Positions 50,305 through 63,200 of a stretch of DNA of 64,000 bases are shown piece after piece. The stretch lies in assembly GCA_024704765.1 (NCBI GenBank), contig JAKMXF010000222.1, positions 1,054,001 to 1,118,000 on the forward strand, given 5' to 3'. A program made the position numbers and the translations under genes. This stretch comes from Oopsacas minuta. Lineage: Eukaryota > Animalia > Porifera. The notes under the pieces were generated by a model. That model was not told the origin of the DNA, searched no databases, and saw nothing but the letters and a program-made list of their open reading frames with translations. The first letter of the stretch is position 1; each line of letters starts with the position of its first letter.

Positions 50305-53300
50305 TTATGAAAATTCGATGAAGATTGGTTTTGTGGTTTTTGCTATTAGCAAATATAACAAAACCAATCTTATCCATTTGATCTTGCCTTTTGGTATAGG
50401 TGCACCTAGGCCAATATCAATTATCCCGTCCTTGTATGTGTGTCCACATAATTCACACGTGCAATCATTCGTATTCTCATCAGATTCGATCTCACTCTCA
50501 CTAGTATTTTGTGCTCTACTAGATATTGGAAGGGGGACTACTTCTTCACTGTCACTGTCACTGTCTGTATCCTTTCTTCCTGAAGTGTACTTTCCTGAGT
50601 GATACTTGCCGCGTCTTTGCTTCCTTGCGAATTTTCGTTGCTGGTTTCGGAGGATATAGTGACTGTGTTTTATCCTCTTGTTGTCTAATTCCTGAAGTCT
50701 GTCGGATAAATGTGGTCCGGGGACGATTCCAAGGGTCTCAAACACCTTTAGGATACCATGATATTCATCATTGAATATAATAACTGCTCAGGCTGATCCA
50801 ATCCTCATTACGTCTAAGCCGACCAAATTTGTCTTCTTCACCATGCTGAAGAGGATGCTATGGATAGCCTCGTTGTTGTTTGACGTTCGGCCGCCGCTGA
50901 TCTTGTGAATGAATGATGGCGTATCTAATTTGAAGGATTTGAATGTTTCGTTAATAATGTTCACAGCGCCCTGAGATAAATAATTGGGATGGTGTGGTGG
51001 GGGGCTTCCTGTCAACGATGGCGGCTGGGTATTGACACCAACTGTCCTGTGCGCTGGGGCAGTATTGATGGCTGTTTGCCGCGTTCTTGTTATTTGCCCC
51101 AAGGTGGAGTGGTATAGCCTTGATGGCTCAAATGAATGCTTAAACATCTCCTTTGTTCCTCTGAACTGCAAGGCGATAGTAGCTTGCAATCTGCCCACAC
51201 ATCGCGTCGGAGAGATGTTTGATTTCTAGCGACTCACTAGTTGAATGCGTCCAACTTTCCCTAGGAGTAGATTGTCTCTTCAGGGTACCACGGTATCCAG
51301 CCTCTAGCTGTTTGCTGGCCTCTTTTTTGGAAAGTTTCTTGTCTTTCATGAGGTCTTTCACATAAACAGACTTAGAAATTCTGGTCTCCTTCAATACTGC
51401 CTCCTGTCTCTTAGAAAGATTCGCCTTTAACCTCTTACAAACATGACTAAGACACTCCAGCCTGTCAATCTGAAACTCAACCCCGTTTTTGACATAGATA
51501 TCGGATTCCTGGAGTGCTAAGTCGGCCGCGTTCAAAAGCCTGTCTGACAACTTTCGGCGCCAACAGGGATTCTAGATGAATAGACGCGTATTCAGAATAT
51601 TCTCCTGCACAAACTTTCTCATGTGACTGGTACCAGAGATGATGTTCCTCTGTAGTGATGGCATTATCCCTCAACTTGTTTGCATAAATAGTGCATTGCT
51701 TGCAACTATTACATGCCACATCGTACGCAACAACTTTACCGGTGCCCACTGCAATTGCTGAAGCGTAGCAATAAGGACTAAATCCTCCACCGGATTTCTT
51801 ATTTCTGATCTGGTATGCACCGTCATAAGAGGCCACAATATGCACACAGTTTGATACATGATTGAGTCCATGAAGAGTCTCGAGTTCGTTCTTCGCAGCG
51901 TCCATGCTTGTATTCGCTACAAACTCACACACAGTTAGTATATCCTTCTGGGCACGGAAGAATGTGGGACCAGAAGGTGGGGGTATGATGTCTAGTGTAG
52001 CGTGGTATAATTGCAGCTTAGAATGTCCACATCCAATGAGTCTACCGCCAAGGATACTAACGGGGTGCTACTAAAAATCCGGACAACTTCACGAGTGTCA
52101 GATAATATCAATTACTATGTCACCATATGTTTATATTGTTTGATATTTAAGTATACGCTACTTGACAACTTTTAATTAGAAATTATTATTGAGACTGGTG
52201 TACTTCGCAAAATGGAGACCCTTTCAGAGAAGCAGAGAAGAGACATTGTTGTACAGTTCTATAAGGAGTACTCCGATAGGGGTAAGTGTTTCACCATTGA
52301 CCTTTTTATGAAGATGGAAAATGAGGAGTACGTTATATGACATCTTGGGAAGTTATGAGAGAAGGAAAACAACAGAAAAGAAAGGGGAGAGTGGAAGAAC
52401 CGCACAGAAACTGCCAGTATTGAAGAGGAGGCGGTTGAAACAGGTTGCCAATAACAAGAAGGGGGTCAGTCACAGAAAACTGGCTGCGAAGTTCAATGTA
52501 AGCAGATCTTATGTAGGAAAGGTTCTCAGAAGTCAGAATGTAAAGTATTTCCTGAGACAGAAGTGCCCAGATTCAACTCCAGAACAACAAACACGACAGA
52601 TAAAGTGCCTCAGGTCGATGAATCGGAAACTCTGTCCGCCAAATTCAGATGTAGTGATCATTTGGACGATGAGTCGTATTTCCCTCTCAAACATGATGAA
52701 ATGCCCGGAAATGATGGTTTTTACTCAGATAACAAGAAGAATACCCCATTCAGTGTAAAATACAAAACGAAACAGAAGTTTGCTCCAAAGGTCATGATCT
52801 GGCTCGCAATCAGCGAACGGGGCCACTCCGACGTCTATGTGAAGCCATCAGGTTTGGGTATTAATAGTGGGGTATATATTGATGAATGTATTCGTGCAAG
52901 ATTGGTTCCTTTTATCAATCAATTGCACAAAGACGACGAAATCTTGTTTTGGCCAGATCTAGCAAGCTCCCATTACTCTATAGCGACCAGAGCTTGCTAC
53001 AAAGAGATCGGAATTAATGTTGTCCCAAAAGAAATGAACCCTCACAACGTCCCCCAACTACGGCCTATTGAAAATTTTTGGGGAATTCTTAAAGCAGAGG
53101 TCTATAAGGGTGCTTGGGAGGCCAAAAGCGTCGCCCAATTGGTTAATAGAATAAAAAAATGTCTAGCTGAAATGGACTGGACATCTGTCCAGGTAATGAT
53201 GCGAACTTGTAAAACAAACATCAGAAAGGCAGCAGACAAAACACCTCTCGTAATGCTATAATTGACACTATATGTACTTTTGACTATGAATAGAGTATAT

Positions 53301-54037
53301 ACAAAAGCCGAATGAATAGGCCACAATATAGTCCATTCAAGTCCTGATCAAAACCAGACCGGATTTTAGTAGCACCCCGTTAGAGTAGACATAATCATTG
53401 CGCTTGACAATCTTCTTGTGCCCCACTTGAATCTTAGATCTGAAATGTCCAGAGATATAGAGGAAACTCGTATACTGATAACACTTGGCACAACGCAACA
53501 TGAGCTGCATTAGACAGGAAGACTTTGAGGATGTTTGAAAAAGTTCGAGTGAACCAAGTTGGCAGTGCCGACACACAGCCAGATCTTTCAAAACTGTCAT
53601 AAATCGCGCCACGTCCAGTACTAATTCGCCTCTTACTAGAAAGGCGTCAGTAGCGGCAACTCTTTCGTCTTCTCCACGTACTTTGATAGTTGTACAGGAG
53701 GGACGAAATACTTCTCGGAATTCCAATTTTCGGGCTGCAACAGCATCGGAAAGTACACAACTGAAGGAGTTCTGGAAGGATCGCTGTCTTTCTTCCCTAA
53801 TTTCACAAATTTGGAACCAGTTGGAGCCAAGTACTGGTTTCCTCGGAAAGTTCTCTTCTTGGAATAGGGTTTCTTCTTCCTGATGGCTGGTAAAGAGAAC
53901 TGTCCTAAAGTTTTACTCACAGATGGAGTGAGTGAAAGATCTGATATACGCATCTGAGAACAGCTGGCAGATTTGACAGTGACTTCACTCTCGCTAGGGG
54001 AAGATGAGGGAAGGTACGTGGTATCCCTGGATGCCAT
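50305..54037 (-). pseudogene. Kolobok transposase pseudogene interrupted by an ITmD37E element
   Basis: CRHC..LMLRCAKC zinc motif, SYDGAYQIR (first D), TGKVVAYDVACNSCKQC, LECLSHVCKRL, HQYCP..DSWCQY, RTSNNNEAIHSILF (E), truncated C-terminal CELC..KWI PHD-like start. Removing 52060..53382 (element plus one TA) restores NDYVYS|SILGGRLIGCG in frame. Confidence 0.88.
52060..53380 (+). mobile_element. ITmD37E-type element (DD37E), transposase pseudogene 52212..53261
   Basis: TIR ACGGGGTGCTACTAAAA(A)TCCGG, TA TSD (52058..59, 53381..82); LDDESYF, FWPDLASSHY, NVPQLRPIENFW with 37-residue spacing. Confidence 0.95.
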
Positions 54038-54169
54038 GAAATAGAAGTAAAGAGTAAGCTATTATAAAACAACAATTTGTCAAGGGTCACTAAGGAAATA
54101 GTCTCGGTTAGGATAAGATAATTCAAATACAAATGTATCTGAAATTTCTACCATATACTACTTGAAGTA

Positions 54170-55498
54170 CAGTGTGTCTCAAAATTATTGCGTTGTATTA
54201 GATCAACTATAATGAAATAAGAACAGTGTAATCGGATACAGCTTCAATTTACTAGTGCGAATTTTATAAGCCAACCTCAGTAATTATTAATATGCATTAT
54301 ACCATAGATGGCTGTAGTTATTTTTGGAATCTTGAGTTTAGCTTAGAGTATTGGCGAATTATTAGCAGATGAATGTGTGTTTGGAGAAAGTTGAAGTCCG
54401 TAACAGGGCCATTGGAATGCTACTTAGTGGAAAAACACAAAAGACTGTTGCTCTCTTGGAAAAGATGTTTCGACCATACAAAGATGGCGGTACAAACATA
54501 AAGCACATAAAAGCCTACTACATAAGAGGGGTGCTGGACGTCCGAAAAAGTTTTCCAGAGTCTCAAAGATTGTTATCGCGAAATCATTGGGCAAGAGACA
54601 CAAGTCGACAAGATCTATGGCTAAGAAACTTACAAACATGGGAAATACTGTTTCAAAGAACACTGTACACCGGTATTTGTTCAAGGATTTAAAAGTTCAC
54701 CCTTATAAAAGACCAAAAACCCCCTTACTAACAGAATTTCATAAGAAAAACAGACTAAGCTTCTGTATGTATAAGGTGAATTGGACAGTGGATGATTGGA
54801 AACGTGTACTCTGGTCAGATGAATCTTCCTATGAGTTATTTCACCCATCGAATCCACAGAACTATCGAATATGGGCAAGAGACGGTGCACAAGTAACTCC
54901 CCGCCAAACTGTTAAATTTCCCAAAAAAGTGATGGTTTGGGGTATGGTGAGCTATCCAGCACTTTCTACACTCCATATATTACCTCAAAAAGAGACAATC
55001 AATGCGAAATATTATGTAGACGAGATTCTAGAAGGGCCATTTATTCAAGCGTTGCGTAGAACAGATGAAAATGGAGGGATCTTAGAAAGGAAAATGATAC
55101 CAGACATGTCCAAAGCGATATTTATGCAGGATGGAGCTCCGACTCATACAGCTAGAAAGACTCAAGACTGGTGCAGACAGAACTTACCTGGGTTCTGGGA
55201 GAAACATAAGTGGCCAGGCAACTCTCCGGATCTCAACCCAATTGAGAATATTTGGTCAATCGTTCAAGATAAGATTGACAAGATGAAGCCTGCTGTCAAC
55301 GTTAATGATTTGGAAAAAATGCTTGGTCATCAATCGACCCTGATATTTTAGAAAGATTGTACTTAGGGATGCCAATGCGCGTTCAGAAATGTATAGAATT
55401 GCCAGGGGAATATATTGCCAAATAGAACTTCATCAAAGTGTATTAATTCTAAAGTTATTGAGTATTTTACAACACCGCAATAATTTTGAGACACCCTG
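54170..55498 (+). mobile_element. Tc1-like DD37E (TRT-like) element, transposase pseudogene 54369..55425
   Basis: TIR CAG(T/G)GTGTCTCAAAATTATTGCG; left TA, right TC; WSDES, MQDGAPTH, SPDLNPIENIW with 37-residue spacing; frameshifts. Confidence 0.92.
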
Positions 55499-55755
55499 TC
55501 ATGCCAATGCTCGACAAAATCAGAAATTCGTGCTAGCTAACTTAGCAACCACCTCGCATAACTAAGCCAGTATTTGGTTGCTAGGTAAATCTTTGTGGAT
55601 TATCAGTGGTTTCTTGTGGCTTGAACCACGATTTCTGATTGAGGGTAACTACTCTTACGGTAGGCGGCATGGCCCTGTGTAATACTATTCGGTTCGATGA
55701 CTTAGGTTACAATTCACGACGCCTATGACCATATACACTACTTTATTCATATTAT

Positions 55756-56026
55756 TGTTATGATCGTGTTCTACATGTAACAAAAGTGCAGCAGTATATA
55801 GGCCTGGGCTGGCGCCGTAGAACACGATACCTGGCGTAGTGGAGTAGTTACTGAAGAAGCGAAGCCAGGTTGAGTGGAGGAATAGTAGTAGCTAGCGAAG
55901 AATCCTAGTCCTCGGGAACTACAGTAGGTGGCAGTACGGGTAGATTACAAACGAAGGAAGCGTTGTAGGTCTTAAGCCGACAATACGATGACGTGTCCCT
56001 GCAATGGGACAAAACCACGCATAACA
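55756..56026. repeat. Possible LTR-like segment (TGTTATG...CATAACA)
   Basis: 7-bp terminal inverted repeat with TG..CA ends, TATA-like TATATAGG near the left end, higher GC; no TSD and no partner LTR. Confidence 0.3.
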
Positions 56027-57253
56027 TCCCTATGATCGGCGACGGAGTCACCATAAAAGTTTGTCTCCGGAAAAGAGCTCACCGATCATCACATTAGAAA
56101 TGCAATATACTCGACAAGTCTACAAATAGTAAGAAATATTATAGTTTATACTCCGGGGAGTTTACAAGTAAACATTATGCTCAAAAGAGTTAGCACTTAG
56201 GCTAGTAGATTCCCTTCTCCTACTCCTCATCGTGTGTCACGCCACTTCTACCAAACATCTGACCTCTGTTCACTTCGTCTCAGTTGCTGCTTCATCAGCT
56301 CCATCATCTTCAGCTTCATTTCTTGCGCCTCCCTCTCCGATTCCCTTCTCCACTCTCGCAACTCGTCGAGCTCGCTCCTTACCATCCTCCTCCACTCCTC
56401 TAATTCCTCTTCTCGTTTCCCCGACTCCTCCTTCCATTCTTGAGCATCCTTCTGAGCAATTTACTTGGCTATTTTCAAATCGATCACCTGCCCAAGGATC
56501 CCCTGAGTCATCACCTCCTGCTCATATAGCCTATTTGAGGGATGTTATCAGCCAAGCTGTGTCCATCGGCTTGGTCATCGCGTCGTATAAAAATTATAAA
56601 TTTGAACTAATATGTAGGTATAATGAAACAATGTAAATACATATTCAAATACTATAACATAAGTACTACAAAATTGAAATGAATAATTTAGAGTAAACGC
56701 ATGTATATATTTCCGAAAAATAATTGTGTCTATAGTTTAATCGACGTGTGTGTTCGGAACTGAACACAACAAAAACATGAAAGATAATTATAACTAAAGA
56801 AAATAATATTTGGTAAACGGACATTTCGTGGCATCGAGCAAATGAAGTGCGCTAGTAATGTGAAATATTAGTACAAAATATAAATGTAAAAATAATAATA
56901 CTTTGAACCTGAATAGCTAAGTCACACTCAGAAGGGCATAACTCTGAAAATATTTTGAATTTTTGAAAAATATTTTAGTTATAAACTCTGGAGATACAGT
57001 GCGTGTGAAAAACGATATACAATGTTTGGGCTACGAAATTCGATTTTTAGAACAGAATATGAAACTGAGGCCTGTTGCGTAGGATTTTGACCCGCAAGTA
57101 GCAATTGCAAATCAAGTAATATCAACATTTTATCCCTAGTCACATAGTAATCGTATTTATACATGTGTGACTTCCTGAATGCACACACTAACATTTTACT
57201 TTATTTCTAGATTTCAACATCAACACTTATATTTACTTTTGACATTTTTCATT

Positions 57254-60200
57254 ATGGATGCGACAGAGTATGAAGCAATTCGTGGATGCCTCCAGACGAA
57301 TATTATCCCACCAGAAATCAAGAGTGATCGCTACAGAAAGAATAATTTTGTCAGAAAGTGCAAGGGGATTTACTTTCAAGAGAATAAGCTAATGAAGGTA
57401 TATTCCTGAATGATATTTTTGATTTATACTTATTTCCGGGACATAATTAGAAATCTTGATGCAACTACATATCTGCGAGGGGGCAGATATGTAGTTGCCT
57501 CATTAAATTTGCGTACCATAGGGAGATGAGAAGGGTGAAAACGCTAGGGGGACTCCTCTGCCCCTCAATGCTGCCTACAACCTCTGAGTTTAACTAAAAT
57601 AATTTCTTGTAGATTTTCAGAAAGAAAAATGGCTGTGTGAAATATTTGGAGATTCCACTAGTCTCAGAAATTGACAACATTATCGGATTCTATCACAATG
57701 TCACTCATCCTGGAATCAATACTACCATTGATGGAATCCGAAATAAATATGATTGGAATTGCATATACAATGATGTTGGATCCCATGTGAGTTACTAAAT
57801 TACGTATTTCTTTCATACATGATTTTCCAAGAAAATGTGGCTGAGAACACAACTTACCAACCCTCCAGGGACCCCTGGATTACAAATTTTGAAAATCCAG
57901 GGAAATTTGCAAAAGGGGTTGTTAAGTCTGAGAACAGCATGTATTATATAGTTTGAGGTTATTCACCTTGTAATTATTCTACTGTATACAGCTTTATTTG
58001 TGCTATTGTAAAATTATTATCGTGCGATCTGATGATATTTAGCAGGCACGTAGCTACGGGGGGGCAAGGGGGGGCAGTCGCCCCCCCCAAAAGTTTTTCT
58101 CGCCCCCCCAGATAAATTTGGAAGTTTTCGTTTTTATATACAATGTAGTTAGCTTATTAGTAATATTGCTCTATTAGCAACCAGCTTTCGGGTCCCAAAC
58201 GGGATTATAATGTTAATTTCGTTGCCCTATTAGCAACCAAATCTCTGCAAAATCCGAGTTGCTAATAAGCGAACTCCACTGTAATTAATAGCCTATGTAC
58301 TTCAACTGCATCGTCAAAACTATGAAATTAATAACTCGCGTTGCGATGATGGTTTTAATACTAGACAGGAAGTAACGCTCATTGATAGTAAACTTGTTCT
58401 ATTTTGACAGGCACTGAATTTCTACTATAATTTTAATTGAATTACCACGACCGCTAGTAATTGTTGTCAGAAGTTAGACTGTCCATTGAAGTAATTGAAG
58501 CATTGGTGATGCTCTTAGGGTTTCAGTTTTCAAAGCTTGTTTTGAAATTTACACATGAGTGAAGCCAATTTCAGATATTCTCTATAAGTTATAAAGTCAT
58601 TCTATATCATCAAATCTTTCACATTTTCTGTTCTTCAATCAGTTCAGTGACTCGTATCTCAAACAATTCTAGATGACTAAAAGACTACAACAAAGCAAAG
58701 TTCAGGCATATTTTAAAAGAAATCGAATAGAAATCGAAGATCATGTCGTCTCTTCAAATTATGAGGAGGTAGAGCCTGTTGTTACGAGTCTTCAAGTTTC
58801 GACCCCTTTAACTTCCGATTCTTGTACAACTATTTCAACTCCAAGTTTAAACACGACTCATATACAATCACCAATTGTGACTGTAAATGATTTGTCCAAA
58901 AATGGTGAGAAACCGAGGTAGCCTTCTATTATCTTCCCAAAAAATGAGGCCGGTAGACATTTTAGTACTCATTGGTATGCCCAATTCTCCTGGATAGAGT
59001 ATAGCAAAGAACTCGATGCTATATTTTGCCAACTGTGTCGGCTTTTTGGAGGATCAACAGCTGAAGCAACTTTTTCAACAAAAGGACTTTGTGACTGGAG
59101 GAAACTTGGCGACAAGTGCAAGAAGCACGATAGTTCTGTGTGTCATATGGCAGCTGTTGAAACACAGAAAGTCTGGGCAATTCATCAAATAATAGGGACG
59201 GTAGATAAGCAACTGGATCCAAATTTTCGAAATGAGAAAGTCATAGATGACAATCGGAAACATTTAATGACTGTTCTTGACATTATTACTTTTTGTGCCA
59301 AACAAGATATTCCTCTTCGAGGAGATGATGAATCAGATCAGTCGCTTAATAAAGGGAACTTTCTTGAAATATTAGAACTTTTAGGAAAATATGATAGCAA
59401 TGTGACCAAGAGGATAGAAAGTCTTCCAGGAAATGCAAAAATGCTAAGTCCAGATATTCAAAATGATTTGCTTACATCACTCGCTTCAGTGCTTCTAGAC
59501 TATGTTAAAAGTGAAGTAGAAATCGCGTCTTGTTATGCTATTCTAGCTGACGAAGTAAAAGATGCATCTAAGAAGGAGTTGTTAGGTGCTTCTTTGCGAT
59601 ATATCCATAAAGGTAATGTCCGAGAAAGAGCTATTGGCTTTATTGAATTGAAGGACATGGATGCGGGCACCATCTCTGAAAAACTGATAGAGCTACTTAA
59701 GCCTTTTGAGCTCGATCCTCTGAAATGTGTAGGACAGGGTTACGACGGGGCTAGTGTTATGTCAGGAATACACGGTGGTGTCCAAGCCCGCATGAAAGGA
59801 GCAGGTTATCGCAATGCCACATATGTTCCTTGTGCTTCACATAGGCTTAACTTAGTATTAGCTGCAACTGCTGAACAACATCCTCTGATGAAATCTTTCT
59901 TTGATATATTGGATTTGACGTATTCGTTCATGAATGGAACAAAGCGACATGCAGTTTTCATAGACGTCCAGGATGAGCGCTATCCCAACGTCCAAGCTCT
60001 TGAACTTGCACGTTCATGTAGTACTCGTTGGTCTTCCCGTTCTTTGGAGGTGGAAAGGTTTCTGCGTCGGTTTGATTGCATACTTGATACTTTAAGCATA
60101 TTTGGAAATGATAATGATGCAGACACAAGTTTAGCAGCTAAATCTTTACTAGGTAGTCTACAAACAAAGAAATTTATGACCATCTTAGTTTACTTTGGTA

Positions 60201-63200
60201 GGCTGTATGATTACTCTGATTTTTGCACTAAAGCTTTTCAGAAGTCGACAGCAACTGTTTCTTCTTGTTTGATATTACTTACCGATCTGAGGGAAAGGTT
60301 GGTCAATTTCGATTTTGACAAGGTTGTCGAATATGCCAAAGATTTGTCTGGTAAATATGAAATCGAAAATTTTGATGTAAGAGACACAATCAGGCAACGG
60401 CGTCTTCCAGAAAGGTTTAGAGAAGGATATCTAAATAGCTCTGTTGGACACACAAACGCATCCAACTTTGAAGAGCTTGAAATATTGTTACGCCAAAATG
60501 TCCGCGAGATCTTAGCAGAATTGGATGCCCGTTTTGGTACAGATCAATCAGGCATCATGAAGGCTGCTGATTGCTGCTTACCAAGGTCTCAAAACTTTCT
60601 TAACAAACAGGAATTGAATACACTATCTGAACTGTATGTAATAGATATCAAAGATTGTGAAATAGAAGTTTTCCGTTCGTTTATTGCTCGGAAAGATGAA
60701 TCTCAGCTAAATACTTTGATCGATGTACTGGATGTGATTGACAAAGATATTTTCCCTGATGTTTTCAACTTATACCAAATTCTTGTGACTATCCCTCAGA
60801 CGTCTTGCAAGGTTGAGAGAATGTTCTCATCTGTTAAGAGAATAAAAACACGTTTGCGCTCACAAATGACCACTGAGCGTCTCAACCATCTTGCCCTGTT
60901 ATCTATTGAAAAAGATATTGCAGAAACACTTTGTTATAATGATGTGATCGAACATTTTAAGCAGATGAAGCACCGCCGCTTTCTTTTGTAATGTCAAATA
61001 GTATCCCTGAATTGAGTTTAGTATCTTAATGAATGCTCTTACTATAATGTAGACTAATCTAATGCTCCCTAGCCTAGTAATCTGGTACTTTATGAATTAA
61101 AAAGGTTATACATGTAAGAAAAGGAGACTGGGTCGTACTTGTTATACACAAGTAATTAACTTTTCAAAAATATTTGTCCCTGCAATTGCCCTCCCGAAAT
61201 ACTTCTTGCCCCCCTGAATGTCTTGCTCTAGCTACGTGCCTGATATTTAGTATACCGGTATACAATTTTATCATATGGAAATCTATTTGTGCGGTACAAC
61301 CAACCAACCATGTATCTAACACCTAATGACCCTTGCGGTAGTTAGTAATTGGGATAGGTAATTGGAGTATTTCACATAAACATATTTGCCAACCTGAGTG
61401 AAGAAAAAGCGGGACGAAATGCTAATTTAGTGGGACATCTGGAACGTAGCAAATTACATTAGACTGGACTACAAACTGACAATTAAATCATTTCCCGTTC
61501 TAGATCCGAACTTGCCATGACTGTCAAACCTCTGCTGCTCTACCTCCTCAGCCACAACGAGAGCTTCAACCTATTCCTCCTCCTGAAGAACCATGGTGTC
61601 ATTGTGGAATTGATCTCATATGTAATATGTCTCACACTGTACTTGGATTTCAGCACATTCTCTTCATCGTGTGCTACCTGAGTAAATTTGTAATTGCCCG
61701 ACCACTCAAGACTAAAACTTCTAAAGAAATATTGGATTGTTTACAGGAAATTTATCTCTCGTTCGGTGTACCTAACATCCTCCAACATGATCAGGGAACA
61801 GAATTCTCAAGCAAGGTAACTCATATTTTTACATACTCGAGATTAGTAATTGTAAATACACCAAGTAAATTATTCCCGATACACAATACAACTTACTATA
61901 TTGGATATACATAAGTAACATGTTGCATTGTCAATTGTCAGTGCATTGCTTCAATATATACCCTGGTAGGAAATTGTGTACCCTGATGACTATATTTAAG
62001 AACCGTGTGGAAAATTGGATTTTAATTTATGTTAAATACTAATAAATAAGAATTTCCGAATTAATGCTCCTACCTTCGGATGGAAAATTTACCTTATTAA
62101 TCGTTATATCTTTCTAACTATTGCTGTACAAGACTGAATACATGCGCGTAGTAGATTGTTGTCGTTCTCTTATTTACTTTCAAAATAGCAATTTCAAGAA
62201 TTTCACAAGAAGATAAATGTCAACACCAGAAGAACCACAGCATACCACCCACAAAGTAACGGACTTGTTGAGTCACACAACAAAATATTGAAAACGTGAG
62301 TATTGATGCTAAATATAAATATATATCTATTCAAAGCCTTACATACGTTTAATACACGTCGTTTATAATTAGATAGCTTTGAATTAATTTAACACTTTTA
62401 CAAATAGAAAAATCAACAAGATGCAATCTGAAGGGGACACTGAATGGACAGAGAAATTACAGACAGCAGTACTAGCAGCAAATACTCAAACCAAAATATC
62501 TACAAGCTACACACCCTTTTATCTCATGTTTGGGAGAGACTTTGATTCATCTAACCTTCTCAATCTTATCACTTCTCCAACTAACCCCGGATTACTAACC
62601 GAAGCTGATATCTCAGAGGCAGAAGTATCAGAAGATGAGAATATTCAAATGGATGCAAACGAACCACGCCCATTTGACTTTCCTATAATTGATAACGAAT
62701 GGATAGAAAATCTTTCTTCCACACGTAAAGCTGACAGAATGAATGCTATTGAAAACATCAAGGCAGGTCAGAAAGTTCAAAAGAAAACATATGACAGCAA
62801 AGTTAAACACAACAGGTAAGAAATAACGAAACACATTCTTGTGTGATGTAACATGTTGGAATTTCATACATCATCTCTTACTAAAATTAAATTAAATTCA
62901 CTGACTGTTGTATAATCCGATAAATATGAAATAATCTTGAATCGGAACTAATTTATTGTTTCCTCAATTATATGAATTCTTAAATTCCAAAACACTTACT
63001 TTTAGTTATATAATTAGCATCATTACAAACTGTACGTAATTGGCACATTATTTTCTTTGTATAATCATTGTGTAGACTTTAGATCAGAATTTGTGGAAGG
63101 AGATGAGGTACTTGTACATAATATAAAGAAAGCCAAGCGACTCCCAGGAACAAAAGATGCAAAGAAATATTTGGGACCATATACGATAGAGGAAGTTAAA

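Larger units (their letters stand above)
58043..61242 (+). mobile_element. Young hAT element, 3200 bp, perfect 14-bp TIRs and perfect 8-bp TSD ATATTTAG, in Ginger intron 2
   Basis: CAGGCACGTAGCTA / TAGCTACGTGCCTG; ATATTTAG at 58035..58042 and 61243..61250; G/C-rich subterminal tracts. Confidence 0.97.

Noticed and set aside
56232-56636. Ser/Pro-rich 134-aa plus-strand ORF
   Set aside because: Low-complexity shadow of the purine-rich minus-strand coiled-coil frame.
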